A DNA stretch of 64,000 nucleotides from an uncultured bacterium (GCA_963716555.1 CAVQTJ010000019.1:168241-232240), one strand, 5' to 3'. Counted from the stretch's first letter, positions 40,391 to 50,048 are shown. Numbers and translations: made by a program. The notes: generated by a model not told the origin, from the letters alone.

Positions 40391-41082
40391 CCACACTCAG
40401 CTGCGACGAGGCGGACGCGCTCCTCGCCATGGGTGCACTCTCCCGAGTCGAGCCAGGCGATGAAGAGGCGCTGCGCCTGCACCTGGCAGAGTGCCCGGAG
40501 TGCGCGGCCGCAGCCCGCCGTCACACCCAGGTCGCCGCCACGCTTGCGCTCCAGGTGGAGGCTCCAGAGCCACCGCCGCAGCTGCGCAGCCGGATCATGG
40601 CCACGGTCTACGCGGAAGCCGCCCCCGCCGGCCAAGGCCCGTCCTCGTCCCGGCTCCGCCGGCTCTGGCAGCGCCTGCCTCGGAGCCGCACCCTGACCGC
40701 CGGCAGCGCCGCCGCTGCGATCGTGCTGGCGGGCGTGCTCGCCTGGCGGACGGCCACGCCGACCGTCCGTCACGTCGTGGCCACCGCAGGGTCGGCGACC
40801 ATCGATCTCTATTCGGATGCGCAGGACGGCACGGCCAACCTCCAGGTGAGCCGACTGCCCTCGCCGCCGACGAACGCTGCCGTCTACGAGGTGTGGCTGG
40901 TGCCCGGCCAGGGACCGGCACGTCCGGCCGCCTACCTTGTGCAGCAACCGGACGGCGCCTACAGCGCCGCCGTCAACGGTGTGCTCTCCCGGTACACCAC
41001 CCTGGCCATCAGTCTGGAGCCCACCCGCGGCGATCCGGCGCCGCGGGGGCCCATCGTCGCCACCGTTTCGTTGAGCGGCTGA
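40387..41082 (+). CDS. rskA: Anti-sigma-K factor RskA-like (zf-HC2 N-terminus, one TM, extracytoplasmic RskA domain)
   Basis: Seen: LHLAECPECAAAARRH, a TM segment (LTAGSAAAAIVLAGVLAW), and C-terminal VYEVWLV...TLAISLEP. The GTG at 40387 overlaps the sigma stop (GTGA). The track start is 40378. Confidence 0.7.
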   Translation: MTTLSCDEADALLAMGALSRVEPGDEEALRLHLAECPECAAAARRHTQVAATLALQVEAPEPPPQLRSRIMATVYAEAAPAGQGPSSSRLRRLWQRLPRSRTLTAGSAAAAIVLAGVLAWRTATPTVRHVVATAGSATIDLYSDAQDGTANLQVSRLPSPPTNAAVYEVWLVPGQGPARPAAYLVQQPDGAYSAAVNGVLSRYTTLAISLEPTRGDPAPRGPIVATVSLSG

Positions 41083-41218
41083 GCGCGGCGAGCGAAACCC
41101 GCTGCGCCAGGCGCCCGCCGCGACCGGTGATCCGATCCGCGGGCTCTCCTCGTAGTGAGTGATGTGCCTCCCATCGTGACGGGAGGAGATGGCGCTGGGA
41201 CGGGAGCGAGGTGGCGCA

Positions 41219-41488
41219 ATGGCGGACTTGACCCGACGTCGCTTTCTGCAAGCATCCGCGGGCGTCGCGGGCGCTGCGGCGAGCATCACAACCCTCGGTG
41301 CGCTCGGCACCGGCGGCCTCACCGCTGCGCTGGGGATGAAGTCCGCCGACCAAGTCCAGGCAGCCCACTCGATGGTGGCGTACATCCCCGCCTCCTCTCA
41401 GGGCGAGCTTCGAATCATGGTCGGCGAGCGGGCGATCACCGCGACTGACCCGGAGCTCGTGGGCCGGTTGATCAAGGCCGCCGGCTAG
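41219..41488 (+). CDS. Small protein with a twin-arginine (Tat) signal peptide
   Basis: MADLTRRRFLQASAGVAGAAASITTLGALG matches the S/T-R-R-x-F-L-K pattern plus an h-region. About 55 aa of mature part follow. An alternative ATG is at 41189. Confidence 0.55.
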   Translation: MADLTRRRFLQASAGVAGAAASITTLGALGTGGLTAALGMKSADQVQAAHSMVAYIPASSQGELRIMVGERAITATDPELVGRLIKAAG

Positions 41489-41536
41489 GCCGCCGCACCT
41501 CATCTTCTTCGAAAAGGAATCACCAGAGGGATACGC

Positions 41537-42895
41537 ATGTCTTCGCATCGTGAGGCGCCGGGGATCTCGAAGGATCCCGTTGCCGACAACACCGACGTGT
41601 ACGCGTTCGTCAGCCCGGACCAGCCGGAGACGGTGACCCTGATCGCCAACTGGATCCCGCTGGAAGGGCCCGATGGCGGGCCCAACTTCTATGAGTTCGG
41701 CGAGGACGTCCTCTACGAGATCAAGGTGGACAACGACGGGGATGCGGACCCCGACGTCATCTATCAATTCCGGTTCACCACCCAGATACTCAACCCCAAC
41801 ACCTTCCTGTACAACACCGGCCAGATCACCTCCCTCGGTTCTCCCAACTGGAACCGCCGCCAGATCTACTCGGTCACCCGAGTCACCGGGGACAGGTCGA
41901 CCGTGCTGGGATCAGGGCTGGCGTCTCCACCCTGCAACATCGGACCGCGGTCCACCCCTGACTACGCAGGCCTTGCTGCCGCGGCGGTGCACAACCTTGG
42001 AGACGGGGTCAGGGTCTTCGCGGGGCAGCGCCGCGAGGGCTTCTATGTGGATCTCGGTGCGGTCTTCGATCTGGCCGACCTCCGGCCATTCCAGAACCTG
42101 CAGGTGTTCCCGACCCCGGCCGCGCCTGGGGTTGACGCCACCAAGAACGTGAACGTGCACACCATCGCCATCCAGGTGCCCAAGCGCCAGCTCACTCGCG
42201 ATGGCTCGTGGGGCAGCGATCACACCAGCCCGACAGCGACGATTGGGGTCTGGGCAACGGCCAGCAGGCAGATGGCCTCGGTGCGCGCAGGCTGGGGTCC
42301 GCCCGAGCGCAGCGGACCGTGGGTCCAGGTCTCCCGGCTCGGCAATCCGCTCATCAACGAGGCGGTGATCCCGATGGGCCAGAAGGACGTCTGGAACTCG
42401 CGTCCGCCAGATGGCGACTCGGAGTTCCTGAGCTACGTGCAGCACCCGGAGCTCGCCTCGCTGCTCCCCGTCCTCTACCCCGGCGTATTTCCCAATCTGG
42501 CGGGCCTGAGCGCCGCCCGGGCCGACCTGGTCGCCATTCTCCTGACCGGGATCCCGGCGGGGATCGTCGCAGGGTTCCAGAACTTCACCGGCCCGACCAT
42601 CGCCGACATGCTGCGCCTCAACCTGGGGATTCCGCCCTCGGGCAGTCCCAATCCGCTGGGGCTGATCGGAGGTGACCCCGCCGGGTACCCCAATGGGCGT
42701 CGCGTCGGAGACGACGTCTTCACCATCGTGCTCCGCGCCGTCGCAGGGGTCACCTATCCGCTGGTCAGTCCCTCGTATGTTCCGGACGGTGCCGCATCAC
42801 TGGTCACCGACGGGCTGACCCCGGGACCCGATCGCTACATCTCCCACTTCCCCTATCTGGGGATCCCGCTGGACGGATTCGACGTTCCCAGCTAG
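41537..42895 (+). CDS. DUF4331-family protein (no signal peptide)
   Basis: 452-aa ORF that starts directly with the family-conserved MSSHREAPGISKDPVADNTDVYAFVSPDQPETVTLIANWIPLEGPDGGPNFYEF. Confidence 0.7.
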   Translation: MSSHREAPGISKDPVADNTDVYAFVSPDQPETVTLIANWIPLEGPDGGPNFYEFGEDVLYEIKVDNDGDADPDVIYQFRFTTQILNPNTFLYNTGQITSLGSPNWNRRQIYSVTRVTGDRSTVLGSGLASPPCNIGPRSTPDYAGLAAAAVHNLGDGVRVFAGQRREGFYVDLGAVFDLADLRPFQNLQVFPTPAAPGVDATKNVNVHTIAIQVPKRQLTRDGSWGSDHTSPTATIGVWATASRQMASVRAGWGPPERSGPWVQVSRLGNPLINEAVIPMGQKDVWNSRPPDGDSEFLSYVQHPELASLLPVLYPGVFPNLAGLSAARADLVAILLTGIPAGIVAGFQNFTGPTIADMLRLNLGIPPSGSPNPLGLIGGDPAGYPNGRRVGDDVFTIVLRAVAGVTYPLVSPSYVPDGAASLVTDGLTPGPDRYISHFPYLGIPLDGFDVPS

Positions 42896-42967
42896 TTCAG
42901 ATGCGGTACCGAGAGCGGGATGGGCCGGTGGTGACCGTCTCGCTCTCAGTGCCTTGCGGAGGCCAGG

Positions 42968-43309
42968 ATGAAAGAGCACGGATCGCGCTGGGGCGATCCC
43001 GACTGCGTGGTCCTGGACATCGGTGGGACGTCTGGAGCACTGGTGGTGTGCGCGGACACCGATGACGAAGGTGGCGAGATCGAGGTCTCGCCGCGCACCG
43101 CTCCCGGCTGCCGGACTCACGCTGCGTTCCGGGCTCGCAGGCTGAGCCGCGGAACCCTGGTGGCAGCCTGCTTCCCGGCGCTGCCGGCGGGCGATTACCT
43201 GATCTGGCCGGTGACCGGGACCCCGACACCGGTGGCGGTGGTCGGCGGGCAGGTGGTCAGCATCGATCTGGTCAGCGGACCAACCCCACGTCGTCGAGTG
43301 CATCAGTAG
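42968..43309 (+). CDS. Hypothetical small protein
   Basis: 113-aa ORF between DUF4331 and tatA. The pattern (...[31 protein letters not shown]...) looks beta-rich. No family assigned. Confidence 0.4.
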   Translation: MKEHGSRWGDPDCVVLDIGGTSGALVVCADTDDEGGEIEVSPRTAPGCRTHAAFRARRLSRGTLVAACFPALPAGDYLIWPVTGTPTPVAVVGGQVVSIDLVSGPTPRRRVHQ

Positions 43310-43320
43310 GAGGTAGTGGC

Positions 43321-43596
43321 ATGTTCGGATTGGATCGGGCGTGGTGGGTCATCCCACTCATCTTGGTGATCGTGCTGGTCATCTGGGGGCCGGGGAAGCT
43401 CCCTGAAGTGGGCTCGGGGCTGGGGCGGGCGATCCGCGAGTTCCGCAGCGCCGCGACGGGCATGAAGGAGTTGGTCAGCGACACGTCTGCGGCCGCGGCG
43501 GTTGCCGTCCCGCTGGAGCAGTCGGTGCCCGCGCCGGTCGCCGCGCCGGCGCCGGGGTCAGCGTCGTCGTCGATGGAAGCGACCAACCGGCACTGA
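43321..43596 (+). CDS. tatA: Twin-arginine translocase subunit TatA/E
   Basis: 91 aa with a single TM helix followed by the [20 protein letters not shown] amphipathic motif. Confidence 0.85.
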   Translation: MFGLDRAWWVIPLILVIVLVIWGPGKLPEVGSGLGRAIREFRSAATGMKELVSDTSAAAAVAVPLEQSVPAPVAAPAPGSASSSMEATNRH

Positions 43597-43795
43597 GCCC
43601 AGCGGTTCCACGATGCCCCCCGCGCAGCGCAAGCCGCCGCGAGTCGCCCGAACCCTGAGGGCGGCTGCCGCGCGGCGGCGGCATGGGCTCGACCGCCCTC
43701 GGCCGGTCAGGTCCCCTGGGAGGATGGGCGGCCTGCTCCCATGGGCCAGGTCGCAGGCGGCGACCGCAACGTTGGCGGGCGATGACGAGCGTCGC

Positions 43796-44509
43796 ATGAC
43801 GACGGTGGAGCACCTCAACGAGCTGCGCCGGGTTGTGATCGTCTCGCTGTGCGCATGGGCTGTTGCCACCGCGGTGTCCGCCGGATTCAGCCACCTGCTC
43901 GTCCGGGTGCTCGAGTACCCGCTCACCACCATGCTCGCAGCGCACCACAGCCTTGTCTCCGAGGCGATCATCACCAGCCCGACCGAGCTCTTCACGGTTC
44001 CTCTCAAGGTCGCGCTGGTCGGAGGTTTTGTGCTGTCACTGCCCATCATCCTGTGGCAGGCGTGGACGTTCGTGGCACCCGGACTCCGGCCGTCCGAGCG
44101 GCGATTCGCGCTTCCCTTCGTCCTCTCCGCACTCCTGCTCTTCGTCGCCGGAGGGTGTTTGGCCTATTTCCTGATGCCGCTGTGGCTCAACATCCTCACC
44201 AGTCTGGTGGGTGGGAACGCCATTTACTTCCCGGACCTCGACCAGTACCTCACCTTCCTCGCCACCCTGATCGTGGCATTCGGAGTCACCTTCGAGCTTC
44301 CGGTGGTCATCGTCCTGCTCGGTCTGATGGGCCTCATCTCATCACCGTGGCTGCGCCGACGGCGCAAGGTGGTATGGGTGGTCATCGTCATCGGCGCGGA
44401 GCTGATCACGCCCGGCGCAGACCCCGTGACCCCGCTCTTCCTGGCCATCCCCCTGCTGGCCCTGTATGAAGGCTCGGTCCTGGTCCTGGCGCACGCCCTG
44501 AAGCGCTGA
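43796..44509 (+). CDS. tatC: Twin-arginine translocase subunit TatC
   Basis: MTTVEHLNELRRVVI..., six TM segments, and LPIILWQAWTFVAPGLRPSERR. The start is uncertain. The ORF is open from 43502 and overlaps tatA. Confidence 0.8.
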   Translation: MTTVEHLNELRRVVIVSLCAWAVATAVSAGFSHLLVRVLEYPLTTMLAAHHSLVSEAIITSPTELFTVPLKVALVGGFVLSLPIILWQAWTFVAPGLRPSERRFALPFVLSALLLFVAGGCLAYFLMPLWLNILTSLVGGNAIYFPDLDQYLTFLATLIVAFGVTFELPVVIVLLGLMGLISSPWLRRRRKVVWVVIVIGAELITPGADPVTPLFLAIPLLALYEGSVLVLAHALKR

Positions 44510-44579
44510 GGTTTGTGTCCGCCACCGCGCCGCTGATCGATTTTGGATGCGGCGAAGAGCGCCGGCGCTGACCAGCTGG

Positions 44580-45848
44580 TCAGTGCGTCGATAATCCGGT
44601 CACCGGCTCGCCGGCGGCTCCACCTCCGGGCTGCACGGCGAGGTCGTTCAGCGCACCATTGCCCGCAGCGCGACTGGCGGGGAGCTCATCGAGCAGCTCG
44701 ATGAGCGGCTGCTCCAGGTCCGGCCGCACCCGATAGATCGGGAAGTGCTCGTCACCATCCATGACCAGCAGCCCGGCGTCGGCAAGACGCCCCAGCTGGT
44801 GCCGGAGCTCAAATGGAGACCGCTGGGTCACCGCGGTCAGCTCCGCAACGGTCCGCGGTTTCTCCAGCAGCCGGCCGACCAGCTCGAGCCGCTCCGGGTC
44901 ACCCAGGGCACGGAAGAGCTCGGCGGCGGCCGGCAGATCGCCGTGGCCCTCGGCGAGAAGCTTGCGGGTGGCCCGCAGCGCAGGCCGCAGCGGCAAGCCC
45001 TGACCGGTGGCGTAGCTGGTGTGCAGCAGCGATTCGCCGACCGTCGCGCCGCCGCTGCGCCGGGCGATCACCACGTAGAAGGCGGCGACCACCAGCAGCG
45101 CCACCACCCCATCGACCCATCCGGCACGCACGCCAACTCCCAGGAGCCGGCCGAGGGCGAGCAGACCGGTGATGATGCTGGACACCACCCCGATGTCGAT
45201 GGCTGCGGCCAGCAGGATCCGGAACCAGCGGGGAACGCGCACCAGCCCGGCGCCGGCGCTTGCCGGGGTCTTCCTGATTGCGAGGTAGCACCCCACCCCC
45301 ATGGCCACCAGGATCGCCCCCTGCACCGCCAGCTTCTGCACGCTGCTGAGAAAGTGCTCGATCGGCACCCCGACCAGCGCGCCGAGGGTCACGTAGACGG
45401 CGACCCAGAGCACGGTGGCGGGGACCAACCCGGCAACGAAGGTCCGGCGCGGGACCCTGACGGCCCCCGCCACCAGGGTCGTGTAGATGCGCAGGCCGGG
45501 GATCAAGCGGCTCACCCCCACCCCCAGCCAGCCAGCCGACCTGATCCGATCTGACACCCGGTCGAGGCTTCTCTCCTGGTGCAGCCGGCGAGCCAGTGAG
45601 CGGAGCCCGTGATCGCCGACCGCCCGCGCCCAGGTGTATCCGACCAGCGCCCCGACCAGGCAGGCGAGCAGCGCCAGCGGAACGAAGACGAACGGGTTCA
45701 GGCCGCCGGCGGCCAGCAGCAGCCCGGCCGCGAGCAGGGTGACCTCACCGGGGGCGAATGGCAGTGGTACCCCCGCCTCCTCGGCGAAGAGCAGGCTGCA
45801 GAGCAGGGCGATCGCGACCGCCCCGTGCAGACCCTGGAGAAAGTTCAC
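44580..45848 (-). CDS. Three-domain fusion: DedA (SNARE-associated) membrane domain, RDD membrane domain and ArsR-type winged-helix HTH
   Basis: The DedA part has EEAGVPLPFAPGEVTLLAAG...SRLIPGLRIYTTLVAGA. The RDD-like part has FRILLAAAIDIGVV...ARRSGGATVGESLL. The ArsR part has ELFRALGDPERLELVGRLLEKPRTVAELTAVTQRSPFELRHQLGRLADAGLLV. Confidence 0.65.
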   Translation of the reverse strand: MNFLQGLHGAVAIALLCSLLFAEEAGVPLPFAPGEVTLLAAGLLLAAGGLNPFVFVPLALLACLVGALVGYTWARAVGDHGLRSLARRLHQERSLDRVSDRIRSAGWLGVGVSRLIPGLRIYTTLVAGAVRVPRRTFVAGLVPATVLWVAVYVTLGALVGVPIEHFLSSVQKLAVQGAILVAMGVGCYLAIRKTPASAGAGLVRVPRWFRILLAAAIDIGVVSSIITGLLALGRLLGVGVRAGWVDGVVALLVVAAFYVVIARRSGGATVGESLLHTSYATGQGLPLRPALRATRKLLAEGHGDLPAAAELFRALGDPERLELVGRLLEKPRTVAELTAVTQRSPFELRHQLGRLADAGLLVMDGDEHFPIYRVRPDLEQPLIELLDELPASRAAGNGALNDLAVQPGGGAAGEPVTGLSTH

Positions 45849-45944
45849 CGATCCCGCTCCGTGGTCAGTCGGGCAGCCCCCGACGGAGTCCAGACTAACC
45901 CCGATGAACGCGGCGTGGCCTGGCCGTGCAGGTAGCCTGGGGCG

Positions 45945-47000
45945 GTGACCAAGCCAAGGGTCCGCTGGGGAGTGCTCTCCACGGCGGCGATCGCCGAGGG
46001 GTCGCTGATACCAGGGCTGCTCGCTGCCCAGGACTGCGAGCTGGCCGGGATCGCCTCACGGTCTCGGGCTCGGGCCGAGGCCGCCTGCGCGAGGTGGGGC
46101 GGCCGAGCCTACCCCTCCTATGAGGAGATGCTCTCCGACCCCTCGATCGACGCCATCTACAACCCGCTCCCCAACCATCTCCATGCGGAGTGGACGGTGA
46201 GGGCGCTGGACGCCGGCAAGCACGTGCTCTGCGAGAAGCCGCTGGCGCTCTCGGTGAGCCAGGTCGACAGCATCGCCGAGGCGGCCGCGCGCAACCGCCG
46301 CCATGTGCTCGAGGCCTTCATGTACCGCCACCTTCCTCGCTGGCGCCGCGCCGTCGAGCTGGTGACCACCGGGGCGCTCGGTGAGCCCCGCATCGTGCGC
46401 ATCGGCTTCGCCTTCCTGGTGCCGAGCGACCCGACCAACATCCGCTTCATCCCCGAGGCGGGCGGCGGAATCATCTGGGACATGGGGTGCTATGCCGCCA
46501 ACATGGCGCGCGGCATGCTGCGCCGGGAGCCGAGCGAGGTTTTCGGCCTTGCCGAGGCGCGCGAGGGACAGCCGACCGAGACCACGGTCACCGGGGTGAT
46601 GCGCTTTGCCGAACGAGTGACAGCACCATTCTGGGTGAGCTTCGACTTCGGCAATCCCTTTGCCCAGGTCGAGGTGGTGGGGACCGATGGCTGGCTGGTG
46701 CTCCCGGGCACAGGCTTCCGCAGAGAGCCGTACACCAAGATCCTGCTGCACCAGGGTGGGACGGAGATCTACACCGGGGGCGACGAGCCCACCACCGAGG
46801 TGTTCCCCCACCTGGACCCGTACACCCTCGAGGTGGAGCATCTGTCGGATGCCATCCGGGGCCGGGCTCCGCTCCAGTTTGGGCTGGATGACGCTCGGGC
46901 CAACACGGCGGTGATCGAGGCGCTGCACGCGTCGATCGCCGAGCGCATTCCCCAGCCGGTTGGGAGCGAGAGCGGGACCGCCGAGGGGGTCAGCGGCTGA
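45945..47000 (+). CDS. Gfo/Idh/MocA-family oxidoreductase
   Basis: 351 aa with VRWGVLSTAAIA, YNPLPNHLH and VLCEKPLAL. Confidence 0.8.
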   Translation: MTKPRVRWGVLSTAAIAEGSLIPGLLAAQDCELAGIASRSRARAEAACARWGGRAYPSYEEMLSDPSIDAIYNPLPNHLHAEWTVRALDAGKHVLCEKPLALSVSQVDSIAEAAARNRRHVLEAFMYRHLPRWRRAVELVTTGALGEPRIVRIGFAFLVPSDPTNIRFIPEAGGGIIWDMGCYAANMARGMLRREPSEVFGLAEAREGQPTETTVTGVMRFAERVTAPFWVSFDFGNPFAQVEVVGTDGWLVLPGTGFRREPYTKILLHQGGTEIYTGGDEPTTEVFPHLDPYTLEVEHLSDAIRGRAPLQFGLDDARANTAVIEALHASIAERIPQPVGSESGTAEGVSG

Positions 47001-47059
47001 GCTTCCCGGAAGCGTTGCCGGCAAGTCGGCGCGCGTTGGGGGGCGGGTAAGCTGCCCAG

Positions 47060-47593
47060 GTGACCGCGGAGAGAAGCACCTCCCGGACCGTCTTCGACAC
47101 GGTGCGCACCGTGCTCGCCATCCGCGAGTACCAGGACCGCAAGGTGACCGCCGAGATCGTCGAGCGCATCGTCGAGGCGGGGCGTCTGACCGCCAGCTCA
47201 AGGAACCTCCAGCCCTGGCACTTCGTGGTGGTGCATGAGCCCGACAGCCTTCGCGAGCTGGGCCGGCTGGTGAGGACCGGACCCTACATCGCCCAGGCGG
47301 CATTCGCGGTGGTGGCGGCGTATGAGAGGATCAGCCCCTTCGGGGTCTCGGACCTGAGCAGGGCGATCCAGTCGATGATCCTGACCGCGTGGGAGCAGGG
47401 TGTCGGCTCCAACTGGACCGGCTTCGGCGGCCTCGAGGACGTGCGCCGGCATGTCGGCCTCGACCAGTCTTACGAGGTGCTGGCGGTGCTCCCCTTCGGC
47501 TACCCGGCCCGCCGGGTGGGCCTGGGCAAGAAGAAGCGCAAGCCGGCCGCCGAGGTGATCTCTGCCGAACGCGCCGGAACCCCCTTGGCCTAG
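47060..47593 (+). CDS. Nitroreductase-family protein
   Basis: 177 aa with IREYQDRKV...ASSRNLQPWHFVVV...ILTAWEQGVGSNW. Confidence 0.75.
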   Translation: MTAERSTSRTVFDTVRTVLAIREYQDRKVTAEIVERIVEAGRLTASSRNLQPWHFVVVHEPDSLRELGRLVRTGPYIAQAAFAVVAAYERISPFGVSDLSRAIQSMILTAWEQGVGSNWTGFGGLEDVRRHVGLDQSYEVLAVLPFGYPARRVGLGKKKRKPAAEVISAERAGTPLA

Positions 47594-47615
47594 ATCGGCG
47601 GCGGAAGCAGAACCC

Positions 47616-48590
47616 ATGAAGGCCGTGATCTACGAGCGTCAGGGGGCGGCCGCCGAGGTGTGCCGGCTGGTCGACCTCCCCGTGCCCGAGCCCGGCCCGG
47701 GAGAGGTGCGGGTCCGGGTCAGCTTCTCGGGGGTCAACCCCACCGACTGGAAGTCGCGCAGCGGGGCCACGGCGAGGCCGATCGACGAGTTCCAGATCCC
47801 TCACCACGACGGTTCGGGGGTGATCGACGCCGTGGGCCCCGGGGTCGCCGCCACCCGCATCGGCGAGCGGGTGTGGATCTGGTCCGCCGCGGCCGGACGC
47901 CGGTGGGGCACCGCGGCCCAATGGACGATCGTGCCCGAGCCGCAGGCGGTGCGGCTCCCGGACCGCGCCTCCCTGGAGCTGGGAGCCAGCCTGGGTGTCC
48001 CGGCTCTGACCGCCCACCGCTGCCTCTTCGCCGACGGCGACGTGGCCGGTCGCAACGTCCTGGTGGCCGGCGGAGCCGGGGCGGTGGGGCACTTCGCGAT
48101 CGAGATCGCCAAGCACCGGGGAGCCCGGGTGGCGACCACGGTCAGCACCGAGGCCAAGGCCGAGCTGGCACGTGCAGCCGGCGCCGACCTGGTGGTCAAC
48201 TACCGCGAGCCCGATGCCCGGGAGCAGCTCCGCAGCTTCGCCGCACGGATGGACCGGATCGTGGAGGTCAACCTGGCCGCCAACCTGGCCCTGGATCTCG
48301 CCCTGGCCGGTCCGGAGACGGTGATCGCGGCGTACGCCATCGATGGCCCGGACCCGGTGCTGCCGGTGCGGGCATGCATGTCCGCAAACGTGGTGCTGCG
48401 CTTCGTGCTCCTCTACGGGGTGCCCCGCCCCGCGCTCGATCGAGCCGTGGCCGAGGTCAGCGCGGCCCTGGAGGCGGGCGCGCTCAGCGAGCTGCCCATT
48501 CACCGATTCCCCCTGGATCAGTGCGCCGCCGCCCATGATGCGGTGCAGAGCGGGGTGGTGGGCAAGGTGGTGCTGGACATCTCTGCGTAA
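47616..48590 (+). CDS. NADPH:quinone oxidoreductase / zinc-type alcohol dehydrogenase-like (MDR family)
   Basis: 324 aa with PGPGEVRVRVSFSGVNPTDWKSRSG and VLVAGGAGAVGHFAIEIAK. Confidence 0.8.
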   Translation: MKAVIYERQGAAAEVCRLVDLPVPEPGPGEVRVRVSFSGVNPTDWKSRSGATARPIDEFQIPHHDGSGVIDAVGPGVAATRIGERVWIWSAAAGRRWGTAAQWTIVPEPQAVRLPDRASLELGASLGVPALTAHRCLFADGDVAGRNVLVAGGAGAVGHFAIEIAKHRGARVATTVSTEAKAELARAAGADLVVNYREPDAREQLRSFAARMDRIVEVNLAANLALDLALAGPETVIAAYAIDGPDPVLPVRACMSANVVLRFVLLYGVPRPALDRAVAEVSAALEAGALSELPIHRFPLDQCAAAHDAVQSGVVGKVVLDISA

Positions 48591-48626
48591 GGAGATCGTC
48601 AGGGCGACCCAATAGGATCGGCCAGA

Positions 48627-50048
48627 ATGTCCTGGCCGCCCAGCTCGATCGCCTCGGCACCGCCACCGGACCGATCTGCGTCCGCGGCTTCGCGACGATC
48701 GCTCCGGGTGCCCAAGACCTGGGGGTTCCAGCCCGCCGACGCCGCCCTGGTGGTGGCCGGCAACGCCCTTCTGATCATGGTCATGTGGGTCCGCCACGGG
48801 CAGATCCCCCGGATCACCGAGCCGGCCGCCGTGCTCACCGCCGCCGGCCAGCTCGCCGCCCTGCTGGGCACCTACGCGGCCCTGGTCCAGGTGGTGCTGA
48901 TGTCGCGCAGCCCATGGCTGGACAGCCTTTTCGGAATCGACCGGATCGCCGGCTGGCACCGCTGGCTCGGCTTCGCCACGGTGTACCTGATCAGCGCTCA
49001 CGTGGTGTTCACCACCGCCGGATATGCGATCGCCGACGGGCGCTCACTGCTCAGCCAGACCGCGGTCTTCCTGACCGGCTACCCGTACATGATCATCGCC
49101 TACATCGCGGCGCTGCTGTTTGTGCTGGTCGCGGTGACCTCGGTGCGAGCCGCGCGCCGCAACGTCTCCCATGAGACATGGCGCCTGATCCACTTCACGA
49201 TCTACCTGGCCATCGTCCTGGCGGTGTTCCATGAGATCACCGTCGGCACCGACTTCACCCACGATCCCGTGGCACTCGGCTACTGGATCGCCCTGTATGT
49301 CGTGGCGGCGCTGCTGATCGTCACCTTCCGGATCGCGATCCCGCTGCGCATCGCGTTGCGCCATCGCCTTCGGGTGCAGAGCCTGGTGGCGGAGGCACCC
49401 GGGGTGACCTCCATCTACATCACCGGTCGCGACCTCGACCAGCTGCCGATGCGGGCCGGCCAGTTCTTCAAGTTCCGCTTTCTGAGCCGCGGCATGTGGT
49501 GGCAGGTCCATCCATTTGCACTGTCGGCAGCCCCCAACGGCCGCTGGCTGCGGATAACCGTGAAACGGGTGGGCGATTTCACCGGAGCCATCCCTGGAAT
49601 CCGGCCGGGAACACGGGTGCTGATCCAGGGACCGCACGGCGTCTTCACCTCGGTCCGGCGACGGCAGCCTCGCGCGCTGCTGATCGCCGGCGGCATCGGG
49701 ATCACCCCGCTCCGGGCTCTCATCGAGGAGATGCCGCAGCGCAAGAACGGGATCACCCTCCTGTACCGGTCGCGCACCTGGGCCGACGTCGTCTTCAAAG
49801 AGGAGCTGGAACACCTGATCGCCGCCCGAGGCGGGGTCGTCCGGCACATCGTCGGGCGGCGCGGTCGCGAGGTGCATGCCCACCCGTTCGCCCCCCGCGC
49901 TCTGGCCCAGATGGTCCCCGACATCCGCCAGCGCGACGTCTTCGTCTGCGGCCCCCGCGACCTGGTCGACGACGTCCTCGCCAGCCTGGGCCAGCTCCGC
50001 GTTCCCCCCCGGCAGGTGCACGTCGAGCGTTTCGCCTTTCTGAGCTGA
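48627..50048 (+). CDS. Ferric-reductase-like transmembrane domain fused to an FAD/NAD(P)-binding ferredoxin-reductase-type module
   Basis: About 6 TM segments with conserved His residues (WHRWLG, ISAHVV, IHFTIY, VFHEI). These are followed by HPFALS (FAD binding) and LLIAGGIGITP (NAD binding). The start is uncertain. Confidence 0.7.
   Translation: MSWPPSSIASAPPPDRSASAASRRSLRVPKTWGFQPADAALVVAGNALLIMVMWVRHGQIPRITEPAAVLTAAGQLAALLGTYAALVQVVLMSRSPWLDSLFGIDRIAGWHRWLGFATVYLISAHVVFTTAGYAIADGRSLLSQTAVFLTGYPYMIIAYIAALLFVLVAVTSVRAARRNVSHETWRLIHFTIYLAIVLAVFHEITVGTDFTHDPVALGYWIALYVVAALLIVTFRIAIPLRIALRHRLRVQSLVAEAPGVTSIYITGRDLDQLPMRAGQFFKFRFLSRGMWWQVHPFALSAAPNGRWLRITVKRVGDFTGAIPGIRPGTRVLIQGPHGVFTSVRRRQPRALLIAGGIGITPLRALIEEMPQRKNGITLLYRSRTWADVVFKEELEHLIAARGGVVRHIVGRRGREVHAHPFAPRALAQMVPDIRQRDVFVCGPRDLVDDVLASLGQLRVPPRQVHVERFAFLS

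Noticed and set aside
41083-41218. ECF (SigK)-type promoter upstream of the Tat-signal protein gene (GATCC-N17-CGTA around 41130-41160).
   Set aside because: I found no matching element upstream of sigK itself (39660-39751). I cannot recall the SigK consensus reliably, so the match could be chance.
44558-44583. Two abutting perfect palindromes, AGCGCCGGCGCT (44558-44569) and CTGACCAGCTGGTCAG (44568-44583), between tatC and the convergent DedA-RDD-ArsR gene.
   Set aside because: They lie at the 3' ends of both genes and overlap a stop codon. They most likely serve as a convergent-gene terminator or structure rather than an operator. GC-rich short palindromes are also common by chance here.
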